Source: Octopus bimaculoides (Eukaryota). From it: 64,000 nucleotides of DNA. A program made the position numbers and the translations under genes. Of the stretch, positions 36,700 through 49,043 are shown piece after piece. Position 1 is the first letter of the stretch; every line of letters starts with the position of its first letter. Where the stretch lies: the NCBI RefSeq assembly GCF_001194135.2, contig NC_068995.1, positions 13,448,081-13,512,080 on the forward strand. The letters are read 5' to 3'. The notes beneath the pieces are model-generated. The model was not told the origin of the DNA. It did no database searches and saw only the letters and a program-made list of their open reading frames with translations.

Positions 36700-37460
36700 T
36701 GCTGGGGCATTGCTCTTGCAGTGTGTCGCTGCAGCCACCATTTGTTGGTACTTGCTTGAGTCATCCCAGGCGTCCGTCCAAGCAGTATCCCAGTCAGTCA
36801 CCCTCTCTGTGAGACATTTCCTTATCTGTTAGGACTATGTGACATATGGCTGACCAACATAAGCAGTCACCCCAGCTGGATCCTCAGGGAAGAGAACACA
36901 ACACACAGGATCAAACTCAAAAATATCAAGCAATATAACCAAACAGTCTTAGCTGGCGTTCCTAACTCATACTGTGTGTAGTCATTGGTTGCATATGAAA
37001 TCTGAACCACTGGTATCCCATAATCATGGGAAGTGTTTTGGTACCCATAGGAAATCAGGTGGCTGTTAAGGCCCCTAGACTGAGACTGTATCTCACATCC
37101 ATACAACATAATTGAGTTATCATAGGCTTGCATGCAGGAGGGTGAAGTGGCAAACTTGTTAGAGCACTGGGAACAATGTCACACAGTATTTGCTTTGGCT
37201 CTCTGCACACTGTGTTCAAATACTGCCTTGGTCAATTTAGCCTTTCATCCTGACAAGGGACCAATCCAGGGCAACAGACTGGTAGAATTCGTAGAACAAC
37301 AGGTGAAATGCCTCATGGCATCTATTCAAACATTTTGTATTCTGAGTTCAAATTTCATGTAGGGATTCAATTCTTACTGATGGCCAGGGCTAGGCACCTG
37401 ACCATTGGACCATAACTGATTAAGAAAACTATGACAGTAAGCAGACAATTGTAGCTGGAT
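36700..37460 (-). mobile_element. Degenerate LINE (RTE-like) reverse transcriptase C-terminal fragment
   Basis: SIMLYGCE resembles the S.LLYGCETW motif; the frame is interrupted by stops. Confidence 0.5.
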
Positions 37461-37829
37461 TCTATTGAAATTGAATGATGATGATGATGAAGAGGAGGAC
37501 CAGGGGACATACTCAAATTTTGTTGTTAAAATTTATCTGCAATAAACTGGTTATCCTTTTACAATACACAAAATATTAAAAATTTTTTTTATATAATTCC
37601 TAATTACATTTAATTATGAAAATGTAGTAGGATTTTTTTCTAATCACCAAATGGCTATGGAGGTCCTGTAGAGTAAAACAGGAAACGAAGGGGTCTATAG
37701 GCAAAAAATGGTTGAAAACCATTGCTCTAAGACAAGCACACACACACACACACACACACATTCACAAACATAAACAATTAAACCAAAGTGCATATCTATA
37801 TCTTTATATATAGATATATATTATACTCT

Positions 37830-38159
37830 TATACTTGTTTCAGTCATTTGACTGTGGCCATGCTGGAGCACCGCCTTTAGTCGAGTAAAAGACCCCAGGA
37901 CTTATTCTTTGTAAGCCTAGTACTTATTCTATCAGTCACTTTTGCTGAACCGCTAAGTTACGGAGACATAAACAAACCAGCATTGGTTGTCAAGCGATGT
38001 TGGGGGGACAAACACAGACACACAAACATATACACACACATACATATATATATATACATATATACGACGAACGTCAACCAAATCCACTCACAAGGCTTTG
38101 GTCGGCCTGAGGCTATAGTAGAAGACACTTGCCCAAGGTGCCACGGAGTGGGACTGAAC
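37830..38159 (-). mobile_element. SINE family A, truncated by a gap
   Basis: Reverse complement of the family A sequence. Confidence 0.85.
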
Positions 38160-39001
38160 NNNNNNNNNNNNNNNNNNNNNNNNNNNNNNNNNNNNNNNNN
38201 NNNNNNNNNNNNNNNNNNNNNNNNNNNNNNNNNNNNNNNNNNNNNNNNNNNNNNNNNNNNNNNNNNNNNNNNNNNNNNNNNNNNNNNNNNNNNNNNNNNN
38301 NNNNNNNNNNNNNNNNNNNNNNNNNNNNNNNNNNNNNNNNNNNNNNNNNNNNNNNNNNNNNNNNNNNNNNNNNNNNNNNNNNNNNNNNNNNNNNNNNNNN
38401 NNNNNNNNNNNNNNNNNNNNNNNNNNNNNNNNNNNNNNNNNNNNNNNNNNNNNNNNNNNNNNNNNNNNNNNNNNNNNNNNNNNNNNNNNNNNNNNNNNNN
38501 NNNNNNNNNNNNNNNNNNNNNNNNNNNNNNNNNNNNNNNNNNNNNNNNNNNNNNNNNNNNNNNNNNNNNNNNNNNNNNNNNNNNNNNNNNNNNNNNNNNN
38601 NNNNNNNNNNNNNNNNNNNNNNNNNNNNNNNNNNNNNNNNNNNNNNNNNNNNNNNNNNNNNNNNNNNNNNNNNNNNNNNNNNNNNNNNNNNNNNNNNNNN
38701 NNNNGTGTGTGTACTCACAAGCAAATATGCGTATACTCTTTCCAACAATACATGCAAGGAAGAAATTCTATTCACGCACACATCACACATACATAATATT
38801 CTTTCACATCAACAGATTACTGTTCTCACATACGTACATATACACACTAACAAATATACATAGAAACACACACACATATAATTCTCACTCACACCCATAA
38901 CAGAAATAATTGTTTACACATTCTACAACACACACCCACACACACAGCCCCTAATACAGGAAATACAAATTTGTTTTCACGCACACACACTTATATACAT
39001 A

Positions 39002-39706
39002 CAGTAATCTCTCGACTATCGCGGGTGTTACGTTCCCAAACCCCACGCGATAGGTGAAAATCCGCGAAGTAGAAACAGTACTGTATATTTTTAGAAGGTG
39101 CAGAATGTTTTGACGATACCGTAGAACTTGAAATAAATTCACGGTTTTACACACAATTGCAAAACAATACCACACACTCGCCGCCCGAGTTTCGTTTCCC
39201 ATACAGTATGTGCGATTCTTTGTTTACTCATCTACGGTACACTACGTATTTTAAAAAAATATATTTTAGTTAATGTGTTATACAATGCAGTACTGTGTTA
39301 TATTTTTATTTAATAATTAATTTTTTAATTTTTAGGTGTGAAAATGCTTATTTTACCACAGAAATAATTAAAAATCTAAAAAAATAAAAATACCTATCGG
39401 CCGCAGAAACCCGCGTTATACTGTTTTCTACTCTAGGCACAAGGCCCGAAATTTTGAGGGAGGGGGCCAGTCGATTAGATTGTCTCCTGTACGCAACTGG
39501 TACTTAATTTATCGACCCCGAAAAGATGAAAAGCAAAGTCGACCTTGGCAGAATTTGAACTCAGAACGGAAATACTACTAAGCATTTCGCCCGGCGTGTA
39601 ACGTTTCTGGCAGCTCGCCACCTTAAACCCGCGATATAAATTTACATAAAACCCTCGATGTACTGAGGGCGTGATAAGTGAACCGCGGTATAGCGAATGA
39701 TTACTG
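39002..39706. mobile_element. pogo/Tigger-like MITE carrying a nested SINE
   Basis: TA|CAGTAATC...GATTACTG|TA, with imperfect TIRs of about 24 bp. Confidence 0.8.
39421..39624 (-). mobile_element. SINE family B monomer nested in the MITE
   Basis: 14-bp TSD aaacccgcg(t/a)tata at 39407-39420 and 39625-39638. Confidence 0.85.
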
Positions 39707-40682
39707 TATTCTTCCTCGCACACTCACATGCACATGTTTACACATATATTCACAAACATACACACACTCATATATACATATATATACACACACACACACA
39801 CACACATGCACAGATAAATACACACATGTACTAACTAGCATAACTGGCGGGGAGGCGTAGGGGCAACACTTTTAGGTCTGCTTTAGGCAATATGTGTTTT
39901 TTGTGGGGTCCGGGGGCGGAAAGCGGAAGGGCCACCCCGGCTGACACACACTCTAGCTACACTAGTGAATGTACTCTCTTACATATGCAAAATACTAATT
40001 AGCTTTCTCACATAAACACACACATATCTACTCACTTTCACATATATGCACACACAAACACTCTCATAGACACATACACTCTCTTATACACACAAAACAT
40101 AAATTACTGCTCACACACACATGCATACACAAACACATTCATATATATACGTGTACACACCACCTACACATGCATAGAATATTTAGAAATGTTTTCGCCC
40201 CATATTTCCTAACACAGCGACTTACTCATTTATAATGTCATATTGTGGTAATATGCTTCAGTGAATCTACTAAAATACTCTAAAATAATTTTAATATTAC
40301 ATAGTCATTCTTTTTTTTTTTAACATTAGGTCAGCCTTGATTGTGTAATTTTACTATCAAAAACACACCAACTATTACCATCCCATTTATTTATTCTATT
40401 GTGCAAAGAACTCAGAACTTCGTTATCCAACTTGCTCTTTTTTTGAACTAGTAAGTTGTGGTTTGAGAGATATTTGACTGCTATTTCTAGCATTCACACA
40501 ACCACATAGTCATCCCACCTCCCACTGGCTGCATAATTCCAGGAGATAGTGTCACTCTTATTCATCCCTCAAACAAGTACTTTACATTATTCATAAAGGT
40601 TTAATAGCTCATTAGATTACTGATTAACTACACAGCTTATCAATTTGTAACTCAACTACATTTAACAAAGCACTGTGTTTAC

Positions 40683-40734
40683 TTTATGAACTACTAACAT
40701 GGGGTTGTAATACAGCTGTTTGTCATCGATAAAT
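40683..40734 (-). CDS. Candidate exon (FIDDKQLYYNPMLVVHK)
   Basis: tttacacag acceptor and weak AAA|gtaaac donor; a single open frame. Confidence 0.2.
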
Positions 40735-40811
40735 CTGTGTAAATTGAGGCATGTGTATATACATGTTTATATATATATACACATGCATATATAAATATAT
40801 GTGTGTGTGTG

Positions 40812-40852
<41 letters not shown>

Positions 40853-40894
40853 NNNNNNNNNNTCAACCTATATATGTGTGTGTGTGTGTGTGTG

Positions 40895-40972
40895 TGTAAA
40901 ATACAGTGTACATTTAATACACATCAGAGATGGGCATCTCTGATGTGTATTAAATGTACACTGTATTTTACA
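40895..40972. repeat. Perfect 38-bp inverted repeat with a 2-nt spacer
   Basis: tgtaaaatacagtgtacatttaatacacatcagagatg-gg-reverse complement. Confidence 0.95.
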
Positions 40973-41064
40973 TGAATAATATATAATCTGTTGACTAATT
41001 TTTTTTCTCGCTACACCACTGGCAGTAAATTAAATTTCTTAATTTTTTGCTACCCTTAGACTTA

Positions 41065-41109
<45 letters not shown>

Positions 41110-41640
41110 TTTACATATATATATACATAGATAGATAGATAGATTCAGGTGAATTAGGTACTTAAGTTGAGGCACCAGAATTTAGTAGGGTATTATCCAA
41201 ACAGTTTCAAAATAAGTTGATTAAAATCAAAATAAGCAACAAGGATATCCAAAGTTAATGCAGTACGATCATTTCAAGCAACTCCATTTAATTGAGCAAT
41301 GCAACCATTACATCAATTTAAATGCAGAGCAATCCTCAGCTGCACAAAGACATAGAATTAAATTAAACAGATGGACACATTAGTATAATTTTACCTAAAA
41401 CTTCCAAGAAGGTAAGGAGATAGACAAAGAACATGCTCTCTTCACTTCAGCTAAGAAGCTACCAAGGTATCAGGAAGAAAGACTTGTTGGATATATATAT
41501 ATCCATACATATACATATTTAATACACACACACACACACACATGTGTGTGTGTATTTGTATATGAGAAAATGTGAGAGAAGAAGGAAGAGCTGTGTTCCA
41601 TGAATAAAATATGATATCCTACAACTTATTACAAAGTTAC

Positions 41641-41725
41641 AATTTCAAATGCCACAGTCCAGCTGGGTGATACTATATCATATAACAGTTCATCACTGTA
41701 AGTGACAGTAAGTGCTTTGTTAAGC
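41641..41725 (-). CDS. Candidate exon (LNKALTVTYSDELLYDIVSPSWTVAFEI)
   Basis: ttcctatctctgtag acceptor and ATT|gtaact donor; a single open frame over 85 nt. Confidence 0.3.
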
Positions 41726-43691
41726 CTACAGAGATAGGAATTCAAAATATACAATGGGTATGGCTTTGAAAAGGAGAAAAGGATGGGCTGTTCCATGTTA
41801 TGTTGATCTAGATAAATTACATCATAAGATTTGTAAGTGGGCGATTACAGGAAACCCCTTCACACACACGTGTACTCATCCATTTTTAGAATTTTTTATG
41901 AAATAACAAAATGGTAGAGCTGTGGTTTGAGTGCCTTATGTTACTTGTTCCAGCTCTCTACATTATGAGTTCGAATCTAACCAAGTTCAACACTGCCATT
42001 CATCGCTTTGGGGTTGATAAGCAGTGTAATTCATTAGCATTTATCATCATCATCATCATTTTAATGCCCACATTTCTAAGTGGGTCAGTTGGATGGAATT
42101 TCTTTAGGTGGGTTTTCTAGTCAGAACACTCTTCCTGTTGCCAACCCTTACCTGTTTCCAAATAAGATAATATTTCACCATGGTCAGATGGCTTTACAGA
42201 AGATAACAAACAAAGGACACCAGTTGCATGACAGTGACACTTGTTTACAACATGATATCAAGACAAGGAGACAGCAGCATGTACACACATGTGTGTGTGT
42301 GTGTGAGACAAGGTTCTTTTCAGTTTCTGTCTACCAAATCTACTCACAAGGCTCTGATCAGCCTGGGGCTATAGTAAAAGACACTTGCCCAAGGTGTCAC
42401 ACAATGGGACTGAACCTGGAACCACACTGTTGAGAAACAAGCTTCTCCATCTCACAGCCATGCCTGAGTCTATATAATCAAAAACTAGCCATGCTGTCAT
42501 TATCCTATTATAATGTAAGACTACATTAATGTGTCTTGCCCTTTTGTAAAGATACATGGTTTTAGGGAGATTTGGTTGCTATTTTTTGTAGTAGATCAGT
42601 GGTCTGGCATAATTATTAGAGCATAGAACAAAATACCTTGTGGTATTTCTTCCAGCTCTTTTGATTCTGAGTTCAAACCCTGCTCAGATCAATCAACTTC
42701 ACCTTTCATCTGTTTGGAGTCAATAAAATAAAGTACCAGTCAAGGACCAAAATCGATTTAACCAGCTGATGGCCTAAATTAGAAATTATCGTTAAAGGTG
42801 CAGACATGGCCATGTCGATAAGAAGGTCCCTTTGCAACCACCTGGTTTTGGGCCCAGTCCTACTGTGTGGCACCTTGAGCAGAAACTTCAAATTCCCACA
42901 TCTGCTAGACTAGTTTACCTGGCAGCCCTATTTCACAGTACCTTGCACAGTACAGTATTAATAAACTTGTATCATTTATACTAATGTACATGTACCTGTA
43001 CTTCATTTGATTATTAAAGTAAATTTAATATTTGTTCAATTTAAAGTGTATCGACCTAGGTGACCACCCCTGGTTGAAAAAAAATTCAGTAATCTGGAAA
43101 GGGTTGTACTTCATAACTACAGTTGTGTCACTTATTTGTATTAAATACGAAAATATGAACAAAACTTAATAAGTGGTGTATTTGTATATGTTTATATTAA
43201 TACTTTTATTATTGTCTGTGAGTCATTATTATCACTATTTTTGTGTTAGCTCTCCATATTGGCATGAGTTGGATGGTTTGAGAGGATCCAATGAGTTGGA
43301 GGACCATCTCTTAATCCAATGTCTCAGTTTCATAATGTTTCAATTTCATAATGTCTCAATTTCATAATAGTTTCTGTTAATGGATACTATTCCTAACACC
43401 AACTACTTTACTGAGTGTGCTGGATGTATTTTTTCATAGTACCAGCACTACAAGGGCTGTCTTAATCTTAACCTCAGCAAGACTAAAGAGTCCTCTCAAA
43501 CCTTGTGTTGTCTCTGTTTGATTCACCAACTACTTTATACAGTGTACTGCGTGTCACTTATAGCCCAAACAAATTGAACAAACAAACTTCCCTACTAAGC
43601 ATTGATAATAATGGCAGAAGTAACAATGACAATTATAATAAATGTTTGAAGTGATTCATCATGGTGCAAGAGACAATAGCAAACTAACTAA

Positions 43692-44010
43692 CAGTCTGTC
43701 AGTTAGAACTATCAGCCATGTATGAGAACCTTTTTGTCACTGCCAGAACAAAAGCATTTTTCTTTGTTCCAGGTGCAGAAGGCAAAAAATGCAAACTTAA
43801 AGACCAGTTTCTGGAGCACTACTCCTTTCCGTTGGATACAGAAGTCAAGCCAAGAAAATTGCTATCAGAAATCATTCCCTTCCTGCCAGTTCAAAAAAAC
43901 AAGTCTTTCAGTTTGTGTCTGCCTTCTGCATCTGAAACAAAGAAGAAAGATTTTGTCCTGGCAGTGACAAAGAGATTCTGACATATGGCTGGCAGATTGT
44001 GACCGACTGA
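43692..44010. repeat. Imperfect foldback (arms about 105 bp), MITE-like
   Basis: cagccatgtatgagaacctttttgtcactgccag... pairs with ...ctggcagtgacaaagagattctgacatatggctg. Confidence 0.75.
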
Positions 44011-44899
44011 ATGTTAGTTAATTTACTATGGTTTCCTGCTTCACCCCAAACAATTATTATTATCATCATCGTTGTCAAGCTTGCAGAATCATTAGCATGC
44101 CAGACAAAAAAGCTTATTCACATTTTGTCCATCTCTATGTTCTGAGTTTATCCTTTCTGGGTTTATAAAATACGTACCAGTTGAGCACTGGGATTTATGT
44201 AATCCACTATCCCCCTCTTGCAAAATTCCAGGCCTTGTGCCTATAGCAGAAATGGTTATCATGTCATTGTTATTTCTGTCATTATTCTTACAGCCTAACA
44301 TGGGACTTTGTCCAGTTAGGTAGGTCTATGAGAAATAAGATGAAGGATAAATTTCACATATGCAATGTTTGTATGTATGCATGTATGTATGTACGTATAT
44401 TTGTGTATATGTCTTTGTTTTTGTGCTTGTCCCCTAACCATAGACAACTGATGTTGCTCTGTTTATGCCTCTGTAACTTAGCAGTTTGACAAAAAGAGAT
44501 TGATAGAATAAGTACTCGGCTAAAACACACACACAAAAAAAATAATGTACTGGGGTTGATTTGTTCAACTAGACCCTTCAATGGTAGTGCCCCAGTAAAG
44601 CCACAATCTAATGACTGAAACAGATAAAGAATAGTTACATTGTGTGTGTGTGTGTGTGTGTGTGCATGTGTTCATAAATACTGCATGTGTTGTGGATTCA
44701 TCAACTTTCATGTCATGAGGAGAAGTGCAATAAAGTGTCCTAAATTCTGAGGTAGTGTGTCAAGGGGGAAGGAGATAGTCATTAAAATAATTTTAGTGTA
44801 CTTAAAATAAGTGGCAATATATAAACAAAATATGCATGGGCGTAAGCTGTATATATGTGTGTGTGTGAGTGTGTGTTTATATGTATGTATAATGTACAC

Positions 44900-45310
44900 T
44901 TTTACTTGTTTCAGTCATTTGACTGCGGCCATGCTGGAACACCGCCTTTAGTCGAGCAAATCGACCCCAGGACTTGTTCTTTGTAAGCCTAGTACTTATT
45001 CTATAGGTCTCTTTTACCGAATCGCTAAGTTATGGGGACGTAAGTACACCAGCATCGGTTATCAAGTGATGGTCAGGGGACAAACACAAACATACACACA
45101 CACATGTAGAAGATACTTGCCCAAGGTGCCACGCAGTGGGACTGAACCCAAAACCATGTGGTTGGGAAGTAAGCTTCTTACCGCACAGCAACGCCTGTAT
45201 ATATCTATCTATAGGCACAGGCATGGCTGTACAGTTAAGAAGTTTGCTTCCCACCCACATGGTTTTAGGTTCAGTCTTCTGCATGGTACCTGGGGCAAGT
45301 GTCTTCTGCT
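44900..45310. mobile_element. Head-to-head pair of SINE family A copies
   Basis: Minus copy ends at about 45198; plus copy starts at about 45212. Confidence 0.8.
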
Positions 45311-45439
45311 ATAACCCTAAGGAGACGCTTGTGCATAAGGGGCCCACACAGTGGGACAACTCAATACCATGTGGTTGAGAAGCAAACTTCTCATTACACA
45401 GACGACTACCACACATCTGATGATAGAGTCTGTCACTAT

Positions 45440-45700
45440 GCGTGTCACTGGTTCACAAGGGTCGTTGTCGACAATGCTTTGAACTTTCTGACCCAAATTA
45501 GCCATCCAGTGATGTCTGGCCATTGAGAATGTCATGCTCTTTCTTCGCCAAGAGTAACTCGTTCCTGGGAGAAGTTTCCAGCTTTTCTTGAGATTGACCA
45601 TGAAGAAGCCTACTCTCAGACAAGAAGCTGCCGCTTTCCAAAACATGGTTGTTGGCAGTTAGAAACATGAACACAGAGTGCCTTTTCCTTTTTTGAGTCA
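45440..45700 (-). pseudogene. Tc1/mariner-type transposase N-terminal relic
   Basis: Frameshifted pieces ESRLLHGQSQEKLET...KKEH and QKVQSIVDNDP resemble HTH regions of Tc1/mariner (DD37D-like) transposases. Confidence 0.45.
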
Positions 45701-45707
45701 AATTTTG

Positions 45708-46440
45708 GTAACACCCACACGATTTCCACTAAGAAAAAAAGAATTCAGATTTTTTGCATGGAATCAAGTACCCTGACTTCCTAATATGCTGTAAATCCCT
45801 TATTTTGGTTCGGAAAAAAGGTGGGGCGTGGGCGATATATTTAATAATGAACCATGTAATTCACTCTGGAAAATTTATTTCTGTAAAATGTTTTTTTGTC
45901 TTAAACACAAGATAGAGTCTATAAATTTAGGATGTTTTTGAAAGATACTATATTTTGTCATCAGAATATATATACTCTCTCACACAACAATTAAAATTTA
46001 TTTATTTTAAATCGTTCATTCCCCCAAAATTAGTTTGGACGCGATTTTTATTTTAATTTTTTTTACTTAGTGAAAATTTTGCAGGCGAAAAGATCAATGG
46101 GGGTGGGGTGAAATTTCCGAGGCTTCCACCTCACCCAACCCGTTTTTCGGATCCCTAAAAGGGTTTTGTAGCATATTAGGAGGCCACAGAAATTCATTCA
46201 ACGAAAAAAAAAAAAAAAAATTCCAANNNNNNNNNNNNNNNNNNNNNNNNNNNNNNNNNNNNNNNNNNNNNNNNNNNNNNNNNNNNNNNNNNNNNNNNNN
46301 NNNNNNNNNNNNNNNNNNNNNNNNNNNNNNTTCCGAACCAAAGTAAGGGATTTGCAGCATATCAGGAGGTCAAGGTACTTGATTCCACGCAAAAAAAAAA
46401 TTCGAGTTTTTTTCCTTAGTGAAAATCGTGCGGGTGTTAC
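45708..46440. mobile_element. MITE-like element with TIRs of about 110 bp (internal gap)
   Basis: gtaacacccacacgatttccactaag...ttggttcggaa pairs with ttccgaaccaa...cttagtgaaaatcgtgcgggtgttac. No TSD seen. Confidence 0.7.
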
Positions 46441-46740
46441 TATAAAAATATGCCCCAATTTTTGCCATACGTCTAGAAAAGAAATGAGAAAATTTAAGTT
46501 TGCTGTATGTAGCGTAACATTACAAAAAGCCTTCTTCCATTTATTACATGCTAAAGTTTGTTCACAAATACTTAGCGTATCCTAGGTACGTAGGTGCATA
46601 CGTATGTGTGCGTGCAACCATATAATTCCCGGTTCGATCCCACCATGTGACATCTTGGGAGCGTGTGTATTCCCCTAACCGTGAAACAGCTTGCCATGTG
46701 TGTGTGACGGAAAACGGGTGTTATTTATAGTCCTTTGTAA

Positions 46741-47160
46741 GCGAGCTGGCAGAAACGTTAGCAGGCCGGGCGAAATACTTAGCGGTATTTCGTCTGCCGT
46801 TACGTTCTAAGTTCAAATATCCGACTTTGCCTTTCATCCTTTCGGGGTCGATAAATTAAGTACCAGTTACGCACTGAGGTCGATGTAATCGACTTAATCC
46901 GTTTGTCTGTCCTTGTTTATCCCCTCTATGTTTAGCCCCCTGTGGGCAATAAAGAAATAAGAAACGTTAGCATGTCGGGCGAAATGCTTAGCGGTATTTC
47001 GTATGTCTTTGCGTTCTGAGTTTAAATTCCGCCGAGGTTGACTTTGCCTTTCATACTTTTGGAGTCAATAAATTAAGTACCAGTTGCGTACTGAGGTAGA
47101 TCTAATCGACTGGGCTCCTCCCCCCAAAATTTCGGGCCTTGTGCCTAGAGTAGAAGAGAA
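46741..47160 (+). mobile_element. SINE family B (two tandem related units)
   Basis: Two aaacgttagc...ttcatcctttcggggtcgataaa units in tandem. Confidence 0.85.
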
Positions 47161-47310
47161 TACTATGCATATATGTATATAGAAGGTTGATTGTTATGGT
47201 TGGTCAGAGTAACCATTTGGTTTTGCACCTATAAAACGCTTAGCTATATTAAATATATAGATATATCTATATAGCTAACCACAAGCATGTATGAACTTAC
47301 ATACTTTACT

Positions 47311-47680
47311 CTTTTACTTGTTTCAGTCCTTTGACTGCTACCATTCTGGAGCACCGCCTGTAGTCGAGCAAATCGACCCCGGGACTTATTCTTTGTAAGC
47401 CTAGTACTTATTCTATCGGTCTTTTTTGCCGAACTGCTAGGTGACGGGGACATAAACACACCAGCATCGTTTGTCAAGCAATGCTAGGGGGACAAACACA
47501 GACACACACACACATATATATATATACATATATACGACGGGCTTCTTTCAGTTTCCGTCTACCAAATCCACTCACAAGGCTTTGGTCGGCCCGAGGCTGT
47601 AGTAGAAGACATTTGCCCAAGATGCCACGCAGTGGGACTGAACCCAGAACTATGTGGTTGGTAAGCAAGCCACTTACCAC
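47311..47680 (-). mobile_element. SINE family A
   Basis: Full-length reverse complement. Confidence 0.85.
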
Positions 47681-47810
47681 AAGCATTATATTTACTGAGT
47701 GTGTGTGTGTGTCGTTAATTATATAATTAAAACAATTACAAGCATATAATTACAAACTCCCTCCTTATTCGTTCCGTCATCATTAACTTTGCTATTTTCA
47801 GTTAGGTTAC

Positions 47811-47841
47811 GTGTTCGATGTCATAATATTGTTCATCTGAC
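47811..47841 (-). CDS. Candidate 31-nt exon (SDEQYYDIEH or QMNNIMTSNT)
   Basis: ccttcttcgttttatag acceptor and CAC|gtaacc donor. Confidence 0.15.
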
Positions 47842-48950
47842 CTATAAAACGAAGAAGGATTGGTTCTTGCTTCTCCTTAAATTTTATTTCACTACTAAAC
47901 TCATTAGTGGTGCACGTCTTAAAATCTGTAATTACTGAGTATGTCTGGAATACAAAAAAAGTAACCGGCCTGATTAAAGGGGAGGTAATTACGCAACGTT
48001 CGTTTTACGTTGCCAAGTCATTTTTTTTTTATTTATTTTTCACTTATATATTTAATATGTTTGTGCATGTGTGTATGTTTCATTTATCCATCTGTAAATA
48101 GAGTGTAACAGGTTCGTACGTACTAAGTAAATAGAAGAGAAATTCGAGATAAGGTAAGTCGTTATCCCACCCTGAACTATGTTGATATTGTCTGGTATAT
48201 TAATTATCGAAGCATTATTATTTGTTATGTAGATTTCAAATGAATCTTATCAATCATCGCTGCAACCCTTGAACGAATTACTTTTTTTTAATATCATGTT
48301 TGTATGTATGAGTATGCGTGTGTGCTACTTGCGTATTTTGTTAAAATAAGTTCATTAATTAATTAACCTTGCTAGTTTGATATCAGTTAATTTGTTAGTT
48401 AATCTACTTGTAGATGATATCTAATCTTTTTCTATATATGCTTTTTAATGGATTAGATTTAAATTATCCATTGAGGGCAAGTTCAAATAAGTAATTTGTT
48501 TTGTTGTAAGTGTGGCTTTTAAGATATGTCTTTATTTACTCGATGTCTAAAGAGCTTAAAAGAAATTATTCACCTGTAGAATAAACACCGTTGTTTATAT
48601 GAGTTGAGAGATAAGGATACTTAAATTTACTTCAAATTTGTTTTTATCAGGATTTATTGTACTTACGTCGAGATAATAGTGTTTTGTTTGCTTTTATCTA
48701 TACTGTTTTAACACCGATAGACAACTTTAATATTTATCATCTAGCAGTTTACCATTAATCTCACATTATCACTTAAATATCTTTTATTTTTTAATTGATT
48801 TTCTCCACTTCAGTCTTTGTTATAATTTAACATTTTGTCATTAATTTATTATTAATTTAATTTTTGCCGCTTTTAACGCGCATACAAAGCATTTCATCAA
48901 ACTCCTTTCGATATCTATCTATCTATCTATCTATCTATCTACCTCTATAT

Positions 48951-49043
48951 ATAATAACAATAAATGGAGCAAAACTCATAAATAAAAGTTCCTTTAAAAG
49001 GAACTTTTATTTATATGCCTTTTGCTCCATTTATTGTTATTAT
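48951..49043. repeat. 93-nt palindrome: perfect 24-bp and 18-bp stems with a 3x5 internal loop
   Basis: ataataacaataaatggagcaaaa-ctc-ataaataaaagttccttt-a-aaaggaacttttatttat-atgcc-ttttgctccatttattgttattat. Confidence 0.9.

Noticed and set aside
43718-43981. 87-aa and 81-aa ORFs with coding-like composition
   Set aside because: They lie inside the foldback repeat; no convincing splice context or recognisable protein.
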